The position numbers were made by a program, and so were the translations under genes. A stretch of 64,000 bases of DNA from an uncultured Gammaproteobacteria bacterium (GTDB lineage Bacteria; Patescibacteriota; Patescibacteriia; 2-12-FULL-57-11). The DNA lies in assembly GCA_964648865.1 (NCBI GenBank), contig CAZYLV010000004.1, forward strand, positions 2,740-66,739, read 5' to 3'. The notes beneath the pieces were generated by a model that saw nothing but the letters and a program-made list of their open reading frames with translations, searched no databases and was not told the DNA's origin. Positions 1 to 10,925 of the stretch are shown here, in pieces (position 1 is the stretch's first letter; every line of letters begins with the position of its first letter).

Positions 1-403
1 CGGCACCCACGGCCAGGCGGATGCCGAGTGCGGCCACCGCGGCCTGCACGAAGTTGGAGAGCGGTCCGGCTCCGGCCACGAGCGAAGGGCCCCATTTGCG
101 GACCTTGAGGTTGTAGGGGTTGAACGGCACCGGCCGCGCCCAGCCGAAGCCGGCGACCACGGCCAGGAGCATGCCCAGGGGATCCACATGGACCGCCGGA
201 TTGAGCGACAGGCGGCCGGCGAGACGCGCCGTGTCGTCGCCGAGCATGGTGGCCGTGAAGGCATGGAAGAACTCGTGGATGGAGAGGGCCAGGACGATGG
301 ACGCCAGCCACAGCACCACGATCAGCGGCCGGCTGAAATCCAGGTAGTACGGGACGGGCAGGACGATGGTCTCCATGAGGGCTTGCCAGGGTATCGCGGG
401 CAT
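1..403 (-). CDS. M50-family zinc metallopeptidase (site-2-protease-like), partial; C-terminus lies beyond the window start
   Basis: Reverse-strand translation from the ATG at 401-403 gives MPAIPWQALMETIVLP...SIHEFFHAF...LSLNP. It has the HExxH motif (HEFFH) in a membrane context typical of peptidase M50. Confidence 0.6.
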   Translation of the reverse strand, partial: MPAIPWQALMETIVLPVPYYLDFSRPLIVVLWLASIVLALSIHEFFHAFTATMLGDDTARLAGRLSLNPAVHVDPLGMLLAVVAGFGWARPVPFNPYNLKVRKWGPSLVAGAGPLSNFVQAAVAALGIRLAVGA

Positions 404-435
404 GATAGCATACCGCGGCATTTGAATTCCCTCGT

Positions 436-618
436 ATGGCCCGCATCTGCGACACGTGTGGCCGCGGCCCCATCGTCAGCGCCACGCGCAGCCACTCCAA
501 CATCAAGACCAAGCACCGCCGGTTCGTGAACCTGCAGGTGAAGCGTTTCGCCGGGCGGACGCTCAAGGTCTGCACCCGCTGCCTCAAGACGCAGGCCAAG
601 GCCATGCGCGCGGCCTGA
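436..618 (+). CDS. rpmB: 50S ribosomal protein L28
   Basis: 60-aa ORF MARICDTCGRGPIVSATRSHSNIKTKHRRFVNLQVKRF... matches the L28 family pattern (C-x2-C, SHSN.KTKRR). Confidence 0.85.
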   Translation: MARICDTCGRGPIVSATRSHSNIKTKHRRFVNLQVKRFAGRTLKVCTRCLKTQAKAMRAA

Positions 619-669
619 GCAGGCGGACCGCAAACACCCCGTCTACCGACGGGGTGTTTCGTTCCTGCG

Positions 670-1119
670 CTACTCGGTCGCGGCCACGATGGTGAACCAA
701 CCCAGCGGGACGCGCCAGGAACCGACAGCCAAGGTGATGCGGCCCAACAGCGCACCGTCCGGCCGCGTCACGATCTGGTCCTCGATGGGACGGATCCAGA
801 AGGGGTTGGGGTCGCGGCCGTAGCGCAGCACGACGCGGCCGTCCGCCCGCTCCCAGCGGAACGGCCATGCTTCGCCGGCGCCGACGCGGTTCGCTCCGGT
901 CCCGTCGGCACGGAAGACCTTGCCGTGCCAGGAACCGGACCAAGGCGGCGCGAGGAAGGTGCCGTCGTACGTGCCCAGGAGCTCCGGCGGTTCGCTCCCC
1001 GAGCGGAAGTCACGGGCATACTGCCAGGCCGCCGGATGGACGTTGAGGAAGACGTAGACCAGCAGCAGGAGGAACAGGACCGCCGCCAGGACGTTCAGGA
1101 GGATGCGCAGGACGTGCAT
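670..1119 (-). CDS. hypothetical membrane-anchored protein
   Basis: 149-aa ORF with an N-terminal hydrophobic helix (LLNVLAAVLFLLLLVYVFL) and coding-like codon usage. Confidence 0.5.
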   Translation of the reverse strand: MHVLRILLNVLAAVLFLLLLVYVFLNVHPAAWQYARDFRSGSEPPELLGTYDGTFLAPPWSGSWHGKVFRADGTGANRVGAGEAWPFRWERADGRVVLRYGRDPNPFWIRPIEDQIVTRPDGALLGRITLAVGSWRVPLGWFTIVAATE

Positions 1120-1175
1120 GACCCGGGGGATTTACGGATAGCGACGCGTCCATTATACTCCCATCGCATTCGTTG

Positions 1176-1252
1176 CGGGCTATAGCGCAGTTGGCGAGCG
1201 CGCTTGCATGGGGTGCAAGAGGTCGCGGGTTCAAGTCCCGCTAGCCCGACCA
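1176..1252 (+). tRNA. tRNA-Pro (anticodon GGG)
   Basis: Cloverleaf folded by hand. Acceptor stem cgggcta/tagcccg with the C1:G72 pair typical of bacterial tRNA-Pro. D-arm gcgc/gcgc with GG in the loop. Anticodon stem cttgc/gcaag with loop atGGGgt. T-arm gcggg-ttcaagt-cccgc. Discriminator A and an encoded CCA. Confidence 0.85.
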
Positions 1253-1284
1253 AAAGCCCCTCCCATCCGGGAGGGGCTTTTCGC
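1253..1284. terminator. intrinsic terminator hairpin between tRNA-Pro and the convergent gene; it has flanking A- and T-runs, so it may be bidirectional
   Basis: aaaa-gcccctccc-atcc-gggaggggc-tttt. Confidence 0.6.
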
Positions 1285-1294
1285 GTCTGGACCG

Positions 1295-1960
1295 TCAGCC
1301 TTTGAGCTGCCGATAGACGTCGGCCGTGGCCAGCCAGGTGAAGGGCACGGTCACGAGCAGCCCGATACCCAGCGCCAGGACGCCCAGCAGGTTGACGCCG
1401 AAGGTGGCCAAGGCGAACAGGAAGAGCCGTCCGCGGTTCCCGGCCGTCAGGTTCCACGTGCGCTGCAACGCCTCCACCGGTCCGGTCTTCTGGTCCAGGA
1501 CGACATAGACCAACGGGGCGAAGGCCAACCCCAGATAGATGCCCGGGATGATGAGCAGCAGGAAGCCGATGCCCACGAGGATGCCGCCGAGCAGCGTCGC
1601 CAACAGGGCGTTGAGGAACGTCTTCGGGTCGACGACGAGCGACTTCAACTCATACTTCCTGCCGAAGACGGCCTCGAGGCTGAGCTGCGCCACGCCGACG
1701 GCCAGGTATTGCTGGGCCACCCAGCTCAGGAGGCCGAACAGCAGCCCGAACCACAGGCCGAAGAGGCTGGCGACGACCAAGGCCGCTTCCCCCTCCTCGA
1801 TGCGGTCCGGCGTCAGCAGGTCCACGACGATGGACGGGGCCTGCAGCGCGACGCCGACGCAGAAGATCAGCACCAGCACGCCGACGAAGAAGCCCGGACG
1901 CTTGGCGAAGGCGTCCCAGCCGCGCGAGAAGGCCGTGCCGACGGAAAGACGATGGGTCAT
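1295..1960 (-). CDS. polytopic membrane protein of unknown function
   Basis: 221-aa ORF with several predicted TM helices. No recognisable catalytic motif. Confidence 0.55.
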   Translation of the reverse strand: MTHRLSVGTAFSRGWDAFAKRPGFFVGVLVLIFCVGVALQAPSIVVDLLTPDRIEEGEAALVVASLFGLWFGLLFGLLSWVAQQYLAVGVAQLSLEAVFGRKYELKSLVVDPKTFLNALLATLLGGILVGIGFLLLIIPGIYLGLAFAPLVYVVLDQKTGPVEALQRTWNLTAGNRGRLFLFALATFGVNLLGVLALGIGLLVTVPFTWLATADVYRQLKG

Positions 1961-1969
1961 AGGCGATGG

Positions 1970-3454
<1,485 letters not shown>

Positions 3455-3850
3455 GGAAAACGATTACAAGCGATGTGAGAAGCCGGGAGGGCTTCGGAAA
3501 AACACGAATGCCCCACGGCTCGGTCTGAATATTGGTTTCGGCGAAGTGCCAAGTGGGTGCCCGCATCCGGCGTCCGGAGACGGCGGACATGGAGGCGCGG
3601 TAGCTCCCCGTGGTGCGGGGACCGCATCCCTTGCGCGTGTCAGCCCGGCCGGACCGTGGCCTGGTCGGAGGGACCGCGGGAAGGGACTCCCAAGAAGTAG
3701 GGTTGTCCCGAAACCAATGCCAGAGAGCGCATGAGGCTGCTCCCAGCATACCGGTCCGGGACGCCCAGCGTCCAGGAAGGACAAGGCGCGACCCTATCCC
3801 AAAACCGGCACGCTGTCAACCCGGCCGAAAGGAAAAAGCGCCGACCGAGG

Positions 3851-4684
3851 TCAGCGCGATGCGGGAGCGACGTACTTGTTGTCCGGCGGGACCCGCTGGA
3901 GGAAGTCGTCCATCTGATCGACCAATCGGCACAGCATCCGATCGAGGTCGAAGAGCATGGCCGGGATGCGCGTATCCTCGTACACGTAGGCGTCGCCGTC
4001 GAGAGGCAGGGACGCAGGGATGTCCCTGAACCGCTCAACCCAGGCTGCGCACGCGGCCAGGTAGCGCTCCGTGGACTCGCGACGCGCCTGCAGGAAGCGC
4101 TCACGCCCGCTTTCCGTGGCCAGCGCCACGCTCCAACACTCTGCCTCAGGCATCGGATAGGGCGCCGCACGCCGCGGATTGCGGAGTCCGTCGACCACGG
4201 TCAGGGCCAGGCCGTCGGCATGGGGCGTATACATGAGATCGAATCCCCCGCGCACGACCACCAGGCTCGGACGCTGCCTCCACCCACGCGCGATGCGGAT
4301 CGCAGTGCCCTCGACCGCAGGCCGGACCTCCCAGCGGAACTCCTCCTGGGGCACCTCGACGGTCAGCTTGTTGCCGGGTCGACGGTAGCGCCAGAGCACG
4401 TCACGGTCCTCCGCGCACCGCCGGCCCAACAAGCAAAGCCAGCCCGGAACCGGCGTGAACCGAAGCGCGTGGATCGTGCGGAAGGAACCCCAACGGGCCA
4501 CGTCCTCTCCCGAGAGGACACACACCGCGTACGTGAGACCCGGGTGCTCCTGGACCCGATATTCGAGGCCCGGTCCTCCACGATCCCAGATCTCCAGATG
4601 GCCGCGGAGCAGATGGTCATTGTCGATGACGCGGACGATCCGCTCCGTGATGAGCTTCAAGGTACTCGTCTCCACTCTTCTCAC
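3851..4684 (-). CDS. hypothetical protein, probably co-transcribed downstream of the CHASE2 cyclase
   Basis: 277-aa ORF starting 21-30 nt after the cyclase stop. The start is uncertain: GTG at 4684, or GTG at 4675 with a GAGGAG SD. No recognised domain. Confidence 0.5.
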   Translation of the reverse strand: MRRVETSTLKLITERIVRVIDNDHLLRGHLEIWDRGGPGLEYRVQEHPGLTYAVCVLSGEDVARWGSFRTIHALRFTPVPGWLCLLGRRCAEDRDVLWRYRRPGNKLTVEVPQEEFRWEVRPAVEGTAIRIARGWRQRPSLVVVRGGFDLMYTPHADGLALTVVDGLRNPRRAAPYPMPEAECWSVALATESGRERFLQARRESTERYLAACAAWVERFRDIPASLPLDGDAYVYEDTRIPAMLFDLDRMLCRLVDQMDDFLQRVPPDNKYVAPASR

Positions 4685-4705
4685 CTCCTCGTCGCGACCG
4701 TATCC

Positions 4706-6700
4706 TCACTTCGTCTTTTTGACAAGCGTCCCGTCCCAATCGGCCGGCGGCGGCTCTTGGAGGAACTGCTCGCAGCGGGCGATGTAATTCTGGAGCGACA
4801 CGTCCTCGGGCCGGGCGTGGGCCATCATATGGAAGGCGTCGCGGGCTTCCGTGAACTTCCGCGCCAGATAGAGCTCGCGCGCCTCGGTGAAGTGGGCGAC
4901 GGACATCTTCTGCTCTTCGGTCGCTTCCTCCGTACGGCAGACCACGGCGAAGATGTCGATGGGCTCCTTCTTGCCCTTCACGGCGACACGATCGAGCGGA
5001 CGCAGCAGGAAGCGCTCCCCCAGGAGTATCCGGGTGTGGTCGGAGACGATGATGTCCGTGCCGTAATCCTTGTTGAGCCCCTCGAGCCGCGCGCCGAGGT
5101 TCACGGCGTCGCCGAGCACGGTGTAGTCGAAGCGGGCGGTCGATCCCATGTTGCCGACGACCATCGGTCCCGAGTTGATGCCCACCCCGATGGCCAAGGC
5201 GACGCCCTCCGGGAAGGTGCCGTCGCCGTTCATCGCGGCGAGCGTCTCGCGCATGGCCAGCGCCGTCTCCACGGCATGGACGGCATGCTGCGCGTCGTCG
5301 AGCGGCGCGCCCCAGAAGGCCATGATGGCGTCGCCCATGTACTTGTCGAGCACGCCGTCGCGGGCGAAGACGAGCTTCGTCATGCCGTCGAGGTAGGCGT
5401 TGAGCACGGCGACGAGCTCTTCCGGCGCGAGCTTCTCCGAAATGGAGGTGAAGCCGCGCAGGTCGGAGAACAGCACGGTCATCTCGCGGCGCTCGCCGCC
5501 CAGGACGAGCTTCTCCGGATGCGCCATGAGGTCGCGCACCACGGCACCGGAGACGTAGCGCTCGAGCACGGTGCGGGTCCGCAGGCGTTCGTCCCGCTCG
5601 CGCAGCGAGCGCTCGACCGTGGTGGCGAAGGCCACGAGGACGACGGCGAGCGGCGGGTAGAAGATGTCCATGACGATGCCGCCGTCGAACAGCACGAAGG
5701 CCGTCGCGACGTATGCCAGCAGGAGCACGGCCACGAGCGGCCAGCCGATGCGCTGGCGGAACCGCAGCAGGGCCGCCGCGGCGGCCGCGGCCAGGAGCAC
5801 GATGAGCGCGTCGCGCAGCCACCCGGGCGGCTCCCGGAGCTGACGCCCGGCGCGCTCCGTCGCGATGGCGTTGGCGTGCACCTCGACCCCGGACATCTGT
5901 TCGCGCTTGGCGGTCGGCGTCGTCAGGACATCGTGGAAGTCCGGAGCCGTGGCGCCGACCAGCACGATGGCGCCCTTGAAGAGCGCGGGGTCCGCGCGCC
6001 CGGCCACCACGTCCGCCGCCGGGACCGTGGGGAAGCTGCCCTTCGGCCCGACGAAGTTGATGCGATAATTCCCCTCCTCCTGGGAGAAGACGTGCTCCGG
6101 GAACGCCGTCTCGAGGACGGCGCGGAAGAACGGCCGGTTGCGCTCGACGGTCACCCCGCGGACGGCGAGCGGCACGCGGCGGAAGACGCCGTCCTGGTCC
6201 GGAGGCGTGTTGACGAAGCCGACCGTCGCGGCCTCGGTGAGCTCCGGGATGGGCACGACGGGCCGCACGGCGACCGGCGCGTCATCGCCTGCGGCGCGGA
6301 CGAAGACGGCCTCGAGCGGCAGCACGACGTCGCCGGCCGCGCGCACCGCGTCGGCGAAGCGGGCGTCGTCACCGCACTCCTCGCGGCGCGGGTCGGGTAC
6401 GGCGCAGGTCGGCTCGGGGAAGTTCACGTCATACCCGATGGCCGCGGCCCCGGCGTCGGCGAGCGTCCGGACGATGTCGGCGTGCACGGACCGGCGCCAC
6501 GGCCACCGGCCGACCTCGCGCAGCGACGCGTCATCGATGGCCACGATGACGATGCCCTGCGGGGCCGGGTAACCGACGAAGAGCGCGTCGCCGAGCAGGC
6601 CCCGTGCGGAGGCGAACAACCCGAGCCGCGACGCCACGACCAAGACCGCCGCGATGGCGGCGGTCAAGAGGAGGGCGCGGCTGGCGCGGGGCGACGGCAT
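4706..6700 (-). CDS. CHASE2 sensor-domain adenylate/guanylate cyclase (class III) with a TPR-like C-terminus
   Basis: 664 aa. N-terminal TM, CHASE2-like extracytoplasmic region and a TM bundle, then a class III cyclase core (VTVLFSDLRGFT...YMGDAIMAFWGAP...NLGARLE). Confidence 0.85.
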   Translation of the reverse strand: MPSPRASRALLLTAAIAAVLVVASRLGLFASARGLLGDALFVGYPAPQGIVIVAIDDASLREVGRWPWRRSVHADIVRTLADAGAAAIGYDVNFPEPTCAVPDPRREECGDDARFADAVRAAGDVVLPLEAVFVRAAGDDAPVAVRPVVPIPELTEAATVGFVNTPPDQDGVFRRVPLAVRGVTVERNRPFFRAVLETAFPEHVFSQEEGNYRINFVGPKGSFPTVPAADVVAGRADPALFKGAIVLVGATAPDFHDVLTTPTAKREQMSGVEVHANAIATERAGRQLREPPGWLRDALIVLLAAAAAAALLRFRQRIGWPLVAVLLLAYVATAFVLFDGGIVMDIFYPPLAVVLVAFATTVERSLRERDERLRTRTVLERYVSGAVVRDLMAHPEKLVLGGERREMTVLFSDLRGFTSISEKLAPEELVAVLNAYLDGMTKLVFARDGVLDKYMGDAIMAFWGAPLDDAQHAVHAVETALAMRETLAAMNGDGTFPEGVALAIGVGINSGPMVVGNMGSTARFDYTVLGDAVNLGARLEGLNKDYGTDIIVSDHTRILLGERFLLRPLDRVAVKGKKEPIDIFAVVCRTEEATEEQKMSVAHFTEARELYLARKFTEARDAFHMMAHARPEDVSLQNYIARCEQFLQEPPPADWDGTLVKKTK

Positions 6701-6701
6701 G

Positions 6702-8609
6702 CTACGGGACGACCGTGACCGTGGCCGTGCCGGTGAAGGTCACGCCGTCGGTGAAACGCGCGGAGACGGTGACGGCGCCGCCGGAGGTGACTTGGGACGC
6801 GGTGAAGACGTTGGCCGCCAACGAACCCACCGGATCGCCGGTCATGCTCCAGACGGCGTCCGCGGTGACATCCCGCGCGCTGCCGTCGCTGTAGTGGGCC
6901 GTGGCCGTGAAGGCCTGGCCCATGCCGCCTTTGACCGTGGCCATGGCGGGCGCGACGCTGACGCGTTGCAGCGTCACCTGGACCTGCTGCGGCGGGAGGA
7001 CACGCACGGCAAAGGAACCGGCGAGACCGGCATAGGCGGCCTGCACCGTGGCGTCCCCGGCGGCCGAGGTCACGAGATCGCCGCGGGTGAGCGTGCCCAC
7101 CGGATCGCCGGCGAGCGCCCAGGCGGCCTCGACGGTGACGTCGCGCGTGGAGCCGTCTTCGTACGTGAGGATGGCGCGGAACTGCTGCGAGTCCGGCGTG
7201 TTCATGATGGTCCGGGTGCCGGTGACCGCCAGCGACGTGGGCGTGGATGCCGCGGGTTGGTTGGTGTTGGCGTTCGTCGGCGGTTGGTTGGTGTTCGTGG
7301 CCGTCGGCACGCTGACCTCGGCGTCCTGGTCCGCGGGCGGCTCCTCCGGCGTGGTGGTGGCCGTCGGCACCTCGTCACGCGTCGGACTCGGGAGGGGCAA
7401 GGCGGCGCGCGTGGGCATCTCCTGCCAGCCCATGGCGTCGGGGAACGCCGCGGCCATGGCCGTCATCAGCGCCTCGACGTCGGACCGCTCGCCCATCACC
7501 CGATCGCGCACCGCCTCCGGCACGGGGACGTCGGCGCCGTCGATCGCCGCGATGAGCAGGCGATGCTCCATGACGCGGCCGACCATGCGACGGACGCGAC
7601 GGCGCGCCGTCTCCGGGGACAGCTGCTGGAGCTCACGTTGCATCGCGCGCAGCCCGTCGACATAGGCCGCGAGCGTACGCTGCGCGCGGTCGCCCTTGCC
7701 GGCGCGCGCCAGGAGCACGGCCTCGGCGAAACGCCGCCCCTCGTAGGAGAGGCGCAGCTCCTGGCGGGCCTCCGGGTCGGTGGTCAACGCCAGCCGCAGG
7801 CGCTCGCCGAAACGGCGCAGCGGGTAGCGGACGTCGCCGGGCAGGACGTCGCCGAGCGCGGAGAGCCGCTGCTCGCGCCGGCGGCGGACGATCTCCAGGA
7901 ACCGCTCGTCCGCGGACATGTTCTTGCGGTACCAGGCGGAGCTGCGGAAGCGCTCGGCCATGGCGCGGCGCTGCATGGCGCCGGCCGCGCGGCCGTCCTT
8001 CTTGGGCATCCAGGCCTCCTCGCCGGAGCGCATCTCCTCCCATGAGGCCGCGGCCGAGAGCGGTGCGCCGCCCTCCGGCGCCTTGGCCACGCCGACCAGC
8101 CCGTCGACGACCTGCACGAAGTCGCCCGCCGGATCCGAGACGTCGGTCACGAAGGCCGTGCCGCGCACCGTGGCCACGACCGTCGAGGACTGCACGCTGA
8201 AGGCGGCATCCTGGTCGAGCAGCTTGGCGATGCGCGCCCAGACGCGGCCGGCGGTGACCCCGAGCGAGACGCGGGTCAGCGCGTGGTTCTCGGCATCGAC
8301 GGCCAGCTCCTGGACGACGACCTCGGCGCGCTCGTCGAGCCGCGCCGTGGCGCCGTCGTAGAAGTTGAGCGTGGCCTGGCTCTTGGCGTTGGTCTTGATC
8401 TGGTCGCCGACCGCGACCTCGGCGTCGGCCGCGACCGGCTGCCAGGATCCCCCGCCGCGACGCAGGAAGGCCTCCCCTTCGTCCACGGTGACCGTCGCCA
8501 CCGGCGCGGCGCGGTCCTCGGGAGCCGAGAGGGCCCAGGCATTGAGCCCGCCCACCACGGCCAAGATGAGCACGAGCAGCAGCGCCGCGAGGAAGGTCCG
8601 TTTCTTCAT
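6702..8609 (-). CDS. FecR-domain protein with a signal peptide, a central helical region and C-terminal Ig-like (Big_2-type) repeats
   Basis: 635 aa. N-terminal signal/TM, a FecR-like beta region (ATVTVDEGEAFL...VAVGDQIKT...ATLNFYDGATARLDE), a Pro/Thr linker and two repeated T-G-D-P-V-G-[ST]-L modules. Its stop lies 1 nt from the cyclase start. Confidence 0.75.
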   Translation of the reverse strand: MKKRTFLAALLLVLILAVVGGLNAWALSAPEDRAAPVATVTVDEGEAFLRRGGGSWQPVAADAEVAVGDQIKTNAKSQATLNFYDGATARLDERAEVVVQELAVDAENHALTRVSLGVTAGRVWARIAKLLDQDAAFSVQSSTVVATVRGTAFVTDVSDPAGDFVQVVDGLVGVAKAPEGGAPLSAAASWEEMRSGEEAWMPKKDGRAAGAMQRRAMAERFRSSAWYRKNMSADERFLEIVRRRREQRLSALGDVLPGDVRYPLRRFGERLRLALTTDPEARQELRLSYEGRRFAEAVLLARAGKGDRAQRTLAAYVDGLRAMQRELQQLSPETARRRVRRMVGRVMEHRLLIAAIDGADVPVPEAVRDRVMGERSDVEALMTAMAAAFPDAMGWQEMPTRAALPLPSPTRDEVPTATTTPEEPPADQDAEVSVPTATNTNQPPTNANTNQPAASTPTSLAVTGTRTIMNTPDSQQFRAILTYEDGSTRDVTVEAAWALAGDPVGTLTRGDLVTSAAGDATVQAAYAGLAGSFAVRVLPPQQVQVTLQRVSVAPAMATVKGGMGQAFTATAHYSDGSARDVTADAVWSMTGDPVGSLAANVFTASQVTSGGAVTVSARFTDGVTFTGTATVTVVP

Positions 8610-8685
8610 ACGCGGGACATGCTAGCAGAAACGGACCGAAGAAAAAAGCGGTCCGGGGTCCCCGTGGCGGGACCGACGGACCGCG

Positions 8686-10074
8686 TCAGCGGCTGCGCCG
8701 CTCCTCGGACCACTCGATCCCGAAGATGGCCTTCGGGAAGAGCAGCTCGGCGAGCGGCGGCACGTGCCGCTTCTTGTAGTGGCGGTGGTTGATCGGGGAG
8801 CGCTCCAGCACGCTGCGCAGGTAGTTGCGCAAGGTGTCGTACTGCCCCTCGATGTCCCAGCCGTACAGCTTGTGGTTGACTCCGACGACGTCGTAGTCCT
8901 CCGCGCTGTAGGCGTTGGCCATCCGCCGCCGTCGTCCTCCGAGCAGCGGGAAGACGGCCGTGGCCGCGCGGATGCCCGCGGCGCGTTCGGTGGCGTCGCG
9001 GAAGGTCAGGCGGAAGCGCACCAGGTCCGGCAGTTCGGTCGGATCGAGACGGTTCTTGAGCAGCAGCTTCCAGAGGATGGAGCCGAGCTGCTTCTGTCCG
9101 GGATCGAAGGCCACCGGCAGCACCGCGCCGTCCAGCGTCCGGAAGAGCCGGTAGCCGAAGGGCACCTCGCGCAGGCGCTCGCCGTCGCGCGGACGTTCGC
9201 CCGCGTCGAGCAGCCGCAGCGGCCGACACTCCTTCTCGGAGACGCCCACGTGCAGCACGCAGCCCACCACCGTGTCGCGCACGAAGAACATCTCTTCGAG
9301 CCGCAAGGTCAGCAGGTGCGTGATGAGCGCCAGCGGATCCTCCACCGCCAGCCGGCGCAGCTCCTCCTCCCGCATCGTCGGCAGCAGCCCGGCGGCCACA
9401 TCGCGCTTGCTGCGCGCGGCGACGATCCAGGAGAGCACGTGCTCCCCGAGTTGGCGGATGCGCATCTCGATCTCGAAGATCCGCAACGCCAGCACCAGGT
9501 CGCGCCGCAGGGTGAAGGCCACGATGCGCGGGAGCAGGTCGCCCTGTCCGCCGCCGTTGCGCATCACCGGCATCCGACCGAGCTCCACGAGCACCGCGGC
9601 GGGGTCCGCCTCGGCCTCGAGCTTGCCCACCGAGGAGAGCAGGAAACTGCTGGCCTCGGGGATGTGCGCGTCGCGGAAGCGACGGACCTCCTCGCGCGCC
9701 TTGCGGAAGCAGGCGCGCAACTGGACGTAGACCTCCTCGTCGCTGAACCGTCCGTCGATGCCGTAGCTGTCGCGGGCGATCCGCGCGAGGACCGCCGCGC
9801 GTTCGCCGGGGTCGGCCGCGCGCATCCGGTCGGCGAGCATGCGCACGCGCAGCACCTCGTGCTGGAAGTGCTGCGAGAGCCCCAGGCCGCGGCCGCGGCG
9901 GTCCTGGCGCAACGCGCCCATCCCCCGCCGGCTCACCGGCAGGATGGGGGTCAGCAGCACGTCTTCCGGCTCGTCGTCCGCAGGGAGCGCCGGCCGCGTG
10001 CGCGGCGCGACCAGCGGACCGGGTTGATCGAACCGCGGATGGACGGGATCGGCTCGGGTTTCCTCGGTTTCCAA
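8686..10074 (-). CDS. hypothetical protein
   Basis: ORF runs to 10095 (GTG). TTG at 10074 is preferred because it is preceded by AAGGAGG. No recognised domain; codon usage is coding-like. Confidence 0.5.
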   Translation of the reverse strand: METEETRADPVHPRFDQPGPLVAPRTRPALPADDEPEDVLLTPILPVSRRGMGALRQDRRGRGLGLSQHFQHEVLRVRMLADRMRAADPGERAAVLARIARDSYGIDGRFSDEEVYVQLRACFRKAREEVRRFRDAHIPEASSFLLSSVGKLEAEADPAAVLVELGRMPVMRNGGGQGDLLPRIVAFTLRRDLVLALRIFEIEMRIRQLGEHVLSWIVAARSKRDVAAGLLPTMREEELRRLAVEDPLALITHLLTLRLEEMFFVRDTVVGCVLHVGVSEKECRPLRLLDAGERPRDGERLREVPFGYRLFRTLDGAVLPVAFDPGQKQLGSILWKLLLKNRLDPTELPDLVRFRLTFRDATERAAGIRAATAVFPLLGGRRRRMANAYSAEDYDVVGVNHKLYGWDIEGQYDTLRNYLRSVLERSPINHRHYKKRHVPPLAELLFPKAIFGIEWSEERRSR

Positions 10075-10155
10075 GAGCGTCCTCCTTTCCCGCACCGTGC
10101 GGGAGCGTCATTCCTACCATCCATGAAAAAGGCCGGCAAGGCGCGGCCTGCCGGC

Positions 10156-10722
10156 TCAGCCGCGCGCGATGCGGGCGGGCTGGATGCGGGATACCCCGCT
10201 GACGTAGAGGCGGGCGTCCTCGTTGCGGCCGACCACCAGGCAATCGAGCCACAGGTCGCCCGTGGCATACGGCGCGAGCTTGCGGCCGAACGCGAGGGCG
10301 AGCAGCATCAGCTGCTGATGCAGCTTGCCGTACAGCTCGGTGCGCCGCAGCACGCGTTCCTCGCCGTCGCGGCCGAAGTCGTAGGCCTCGACCGAGCGCG
10401 GCCGACGGTCGCGCCCGACCAGCACGCGCACCTGCGGGTTGTAGTCCGCGGGGATGCGCTCCTGGAAGTAGGCGCCGTCGGGGTACCGCGTCACGTCGAG
10501 GAACCCGCTGACCGGCGTGGCCGCGACGCCCGAGTCGAAGCACGGCTGCTTCTGGAGCCACTCGCCCTTGGCGAGACGGATCCGGTTGAACTCGATGTCC
10601 AGGCCGTGCTTGGGCGCCGCGACGCCTTTGGGGAGGTGCGGCGAATCCTGGAACAGCATCTGGAAGTCGCGCCGCCTCGCCACGGGGTCGAAGTCCCCTT
10701 CTTCACGGATCGCTTCGTTCAC
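10156..10722 (-). CDS. hypothetical protein
   Basis: 188 aa with a GTG start preceded by GGAGAAGGAGGAGAGAG. No recognised domain. Confidence 0.5.
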   Translation of the reverse strand: MNEAIREEGDFDPVARRRDFQMLFQDSPHLPKGVAAPKHGLDIEFNRIRLAKGEWLQKQPCFDSGVAATPVSGFLDVTRYPDGAYFQERIPADYNPQVRVLVGRDRRPRSVEAYDFGRDGEERVLRRTELYGKLHQQLMLLALAFGRKLAPYATGDLWLDCLVVGRNEDARLYVSGVSRIQPARIARG

Positions 10723-10740
10723 GCTCTCTCCTCCTTCTCC

Positions 10741-10776
10741 GGAAACGAATCGGACCCCGTCCTGCGACGGGGTCCG
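10741..10776 (-). promoter_or_regulatory. stable leader hairpin followed by a U-rich run; attenuator-like element in the 5' leader of the 10722 gene
   Basis: cggaccccgtc-ctgc-gacggggtccg forms an 11-bp GC stem. On the mRNA it is followed by AUUCGUUUCC, and it ends about 20 nt upstream of the SD. Confidence 0.35.
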
Positions 10777-10883
10777 CCGTTTCCGATGTGTTGGCCGTCA
10801 GCCACGCACGGAACCGCGGACCCCGATGCAGGGGACCTTCTTCGTGAGGAAGATGCGGTGCGTGCGCTGCATAACGTGCTTCC

Positions 10884-10912
10884 ACTATACGAAAAAGGGA
10901 CGCGCCCGTCAA
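10884..10912 (-). promoter_or_regulatory. sigma70-type promoter (TTGACG, 17 nt spacer, TATAGT) embedded in the ndk terminator and reading into the 10722/8686 gene pair
   Basis: Minus-strand read: ttgacg ggcgcgtccctttttcg tatagt. Confidence 0.45.
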
Positions 10913-10922
10913 GGGCGCGTGC
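10892..10922 (-). terminator. intrinsic terminator of ndk
   Basis: Minus strand: gacgcgccc-ttgac-gggcgcgtc followed by ccttttt. Confidence 0.5.
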
Positions 10923-10925
10923 GCT

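Noticed and set aside
8606-10561. 651-aa Arg/Pro-rich minus-strand ORF overlapping the 8686 and 10156 genes
   Set aside because: Extreme Arg/Ala/Pro/Gly composition. It is an alternative frame of two shorter ORFs with normal composition and good SD sequences.
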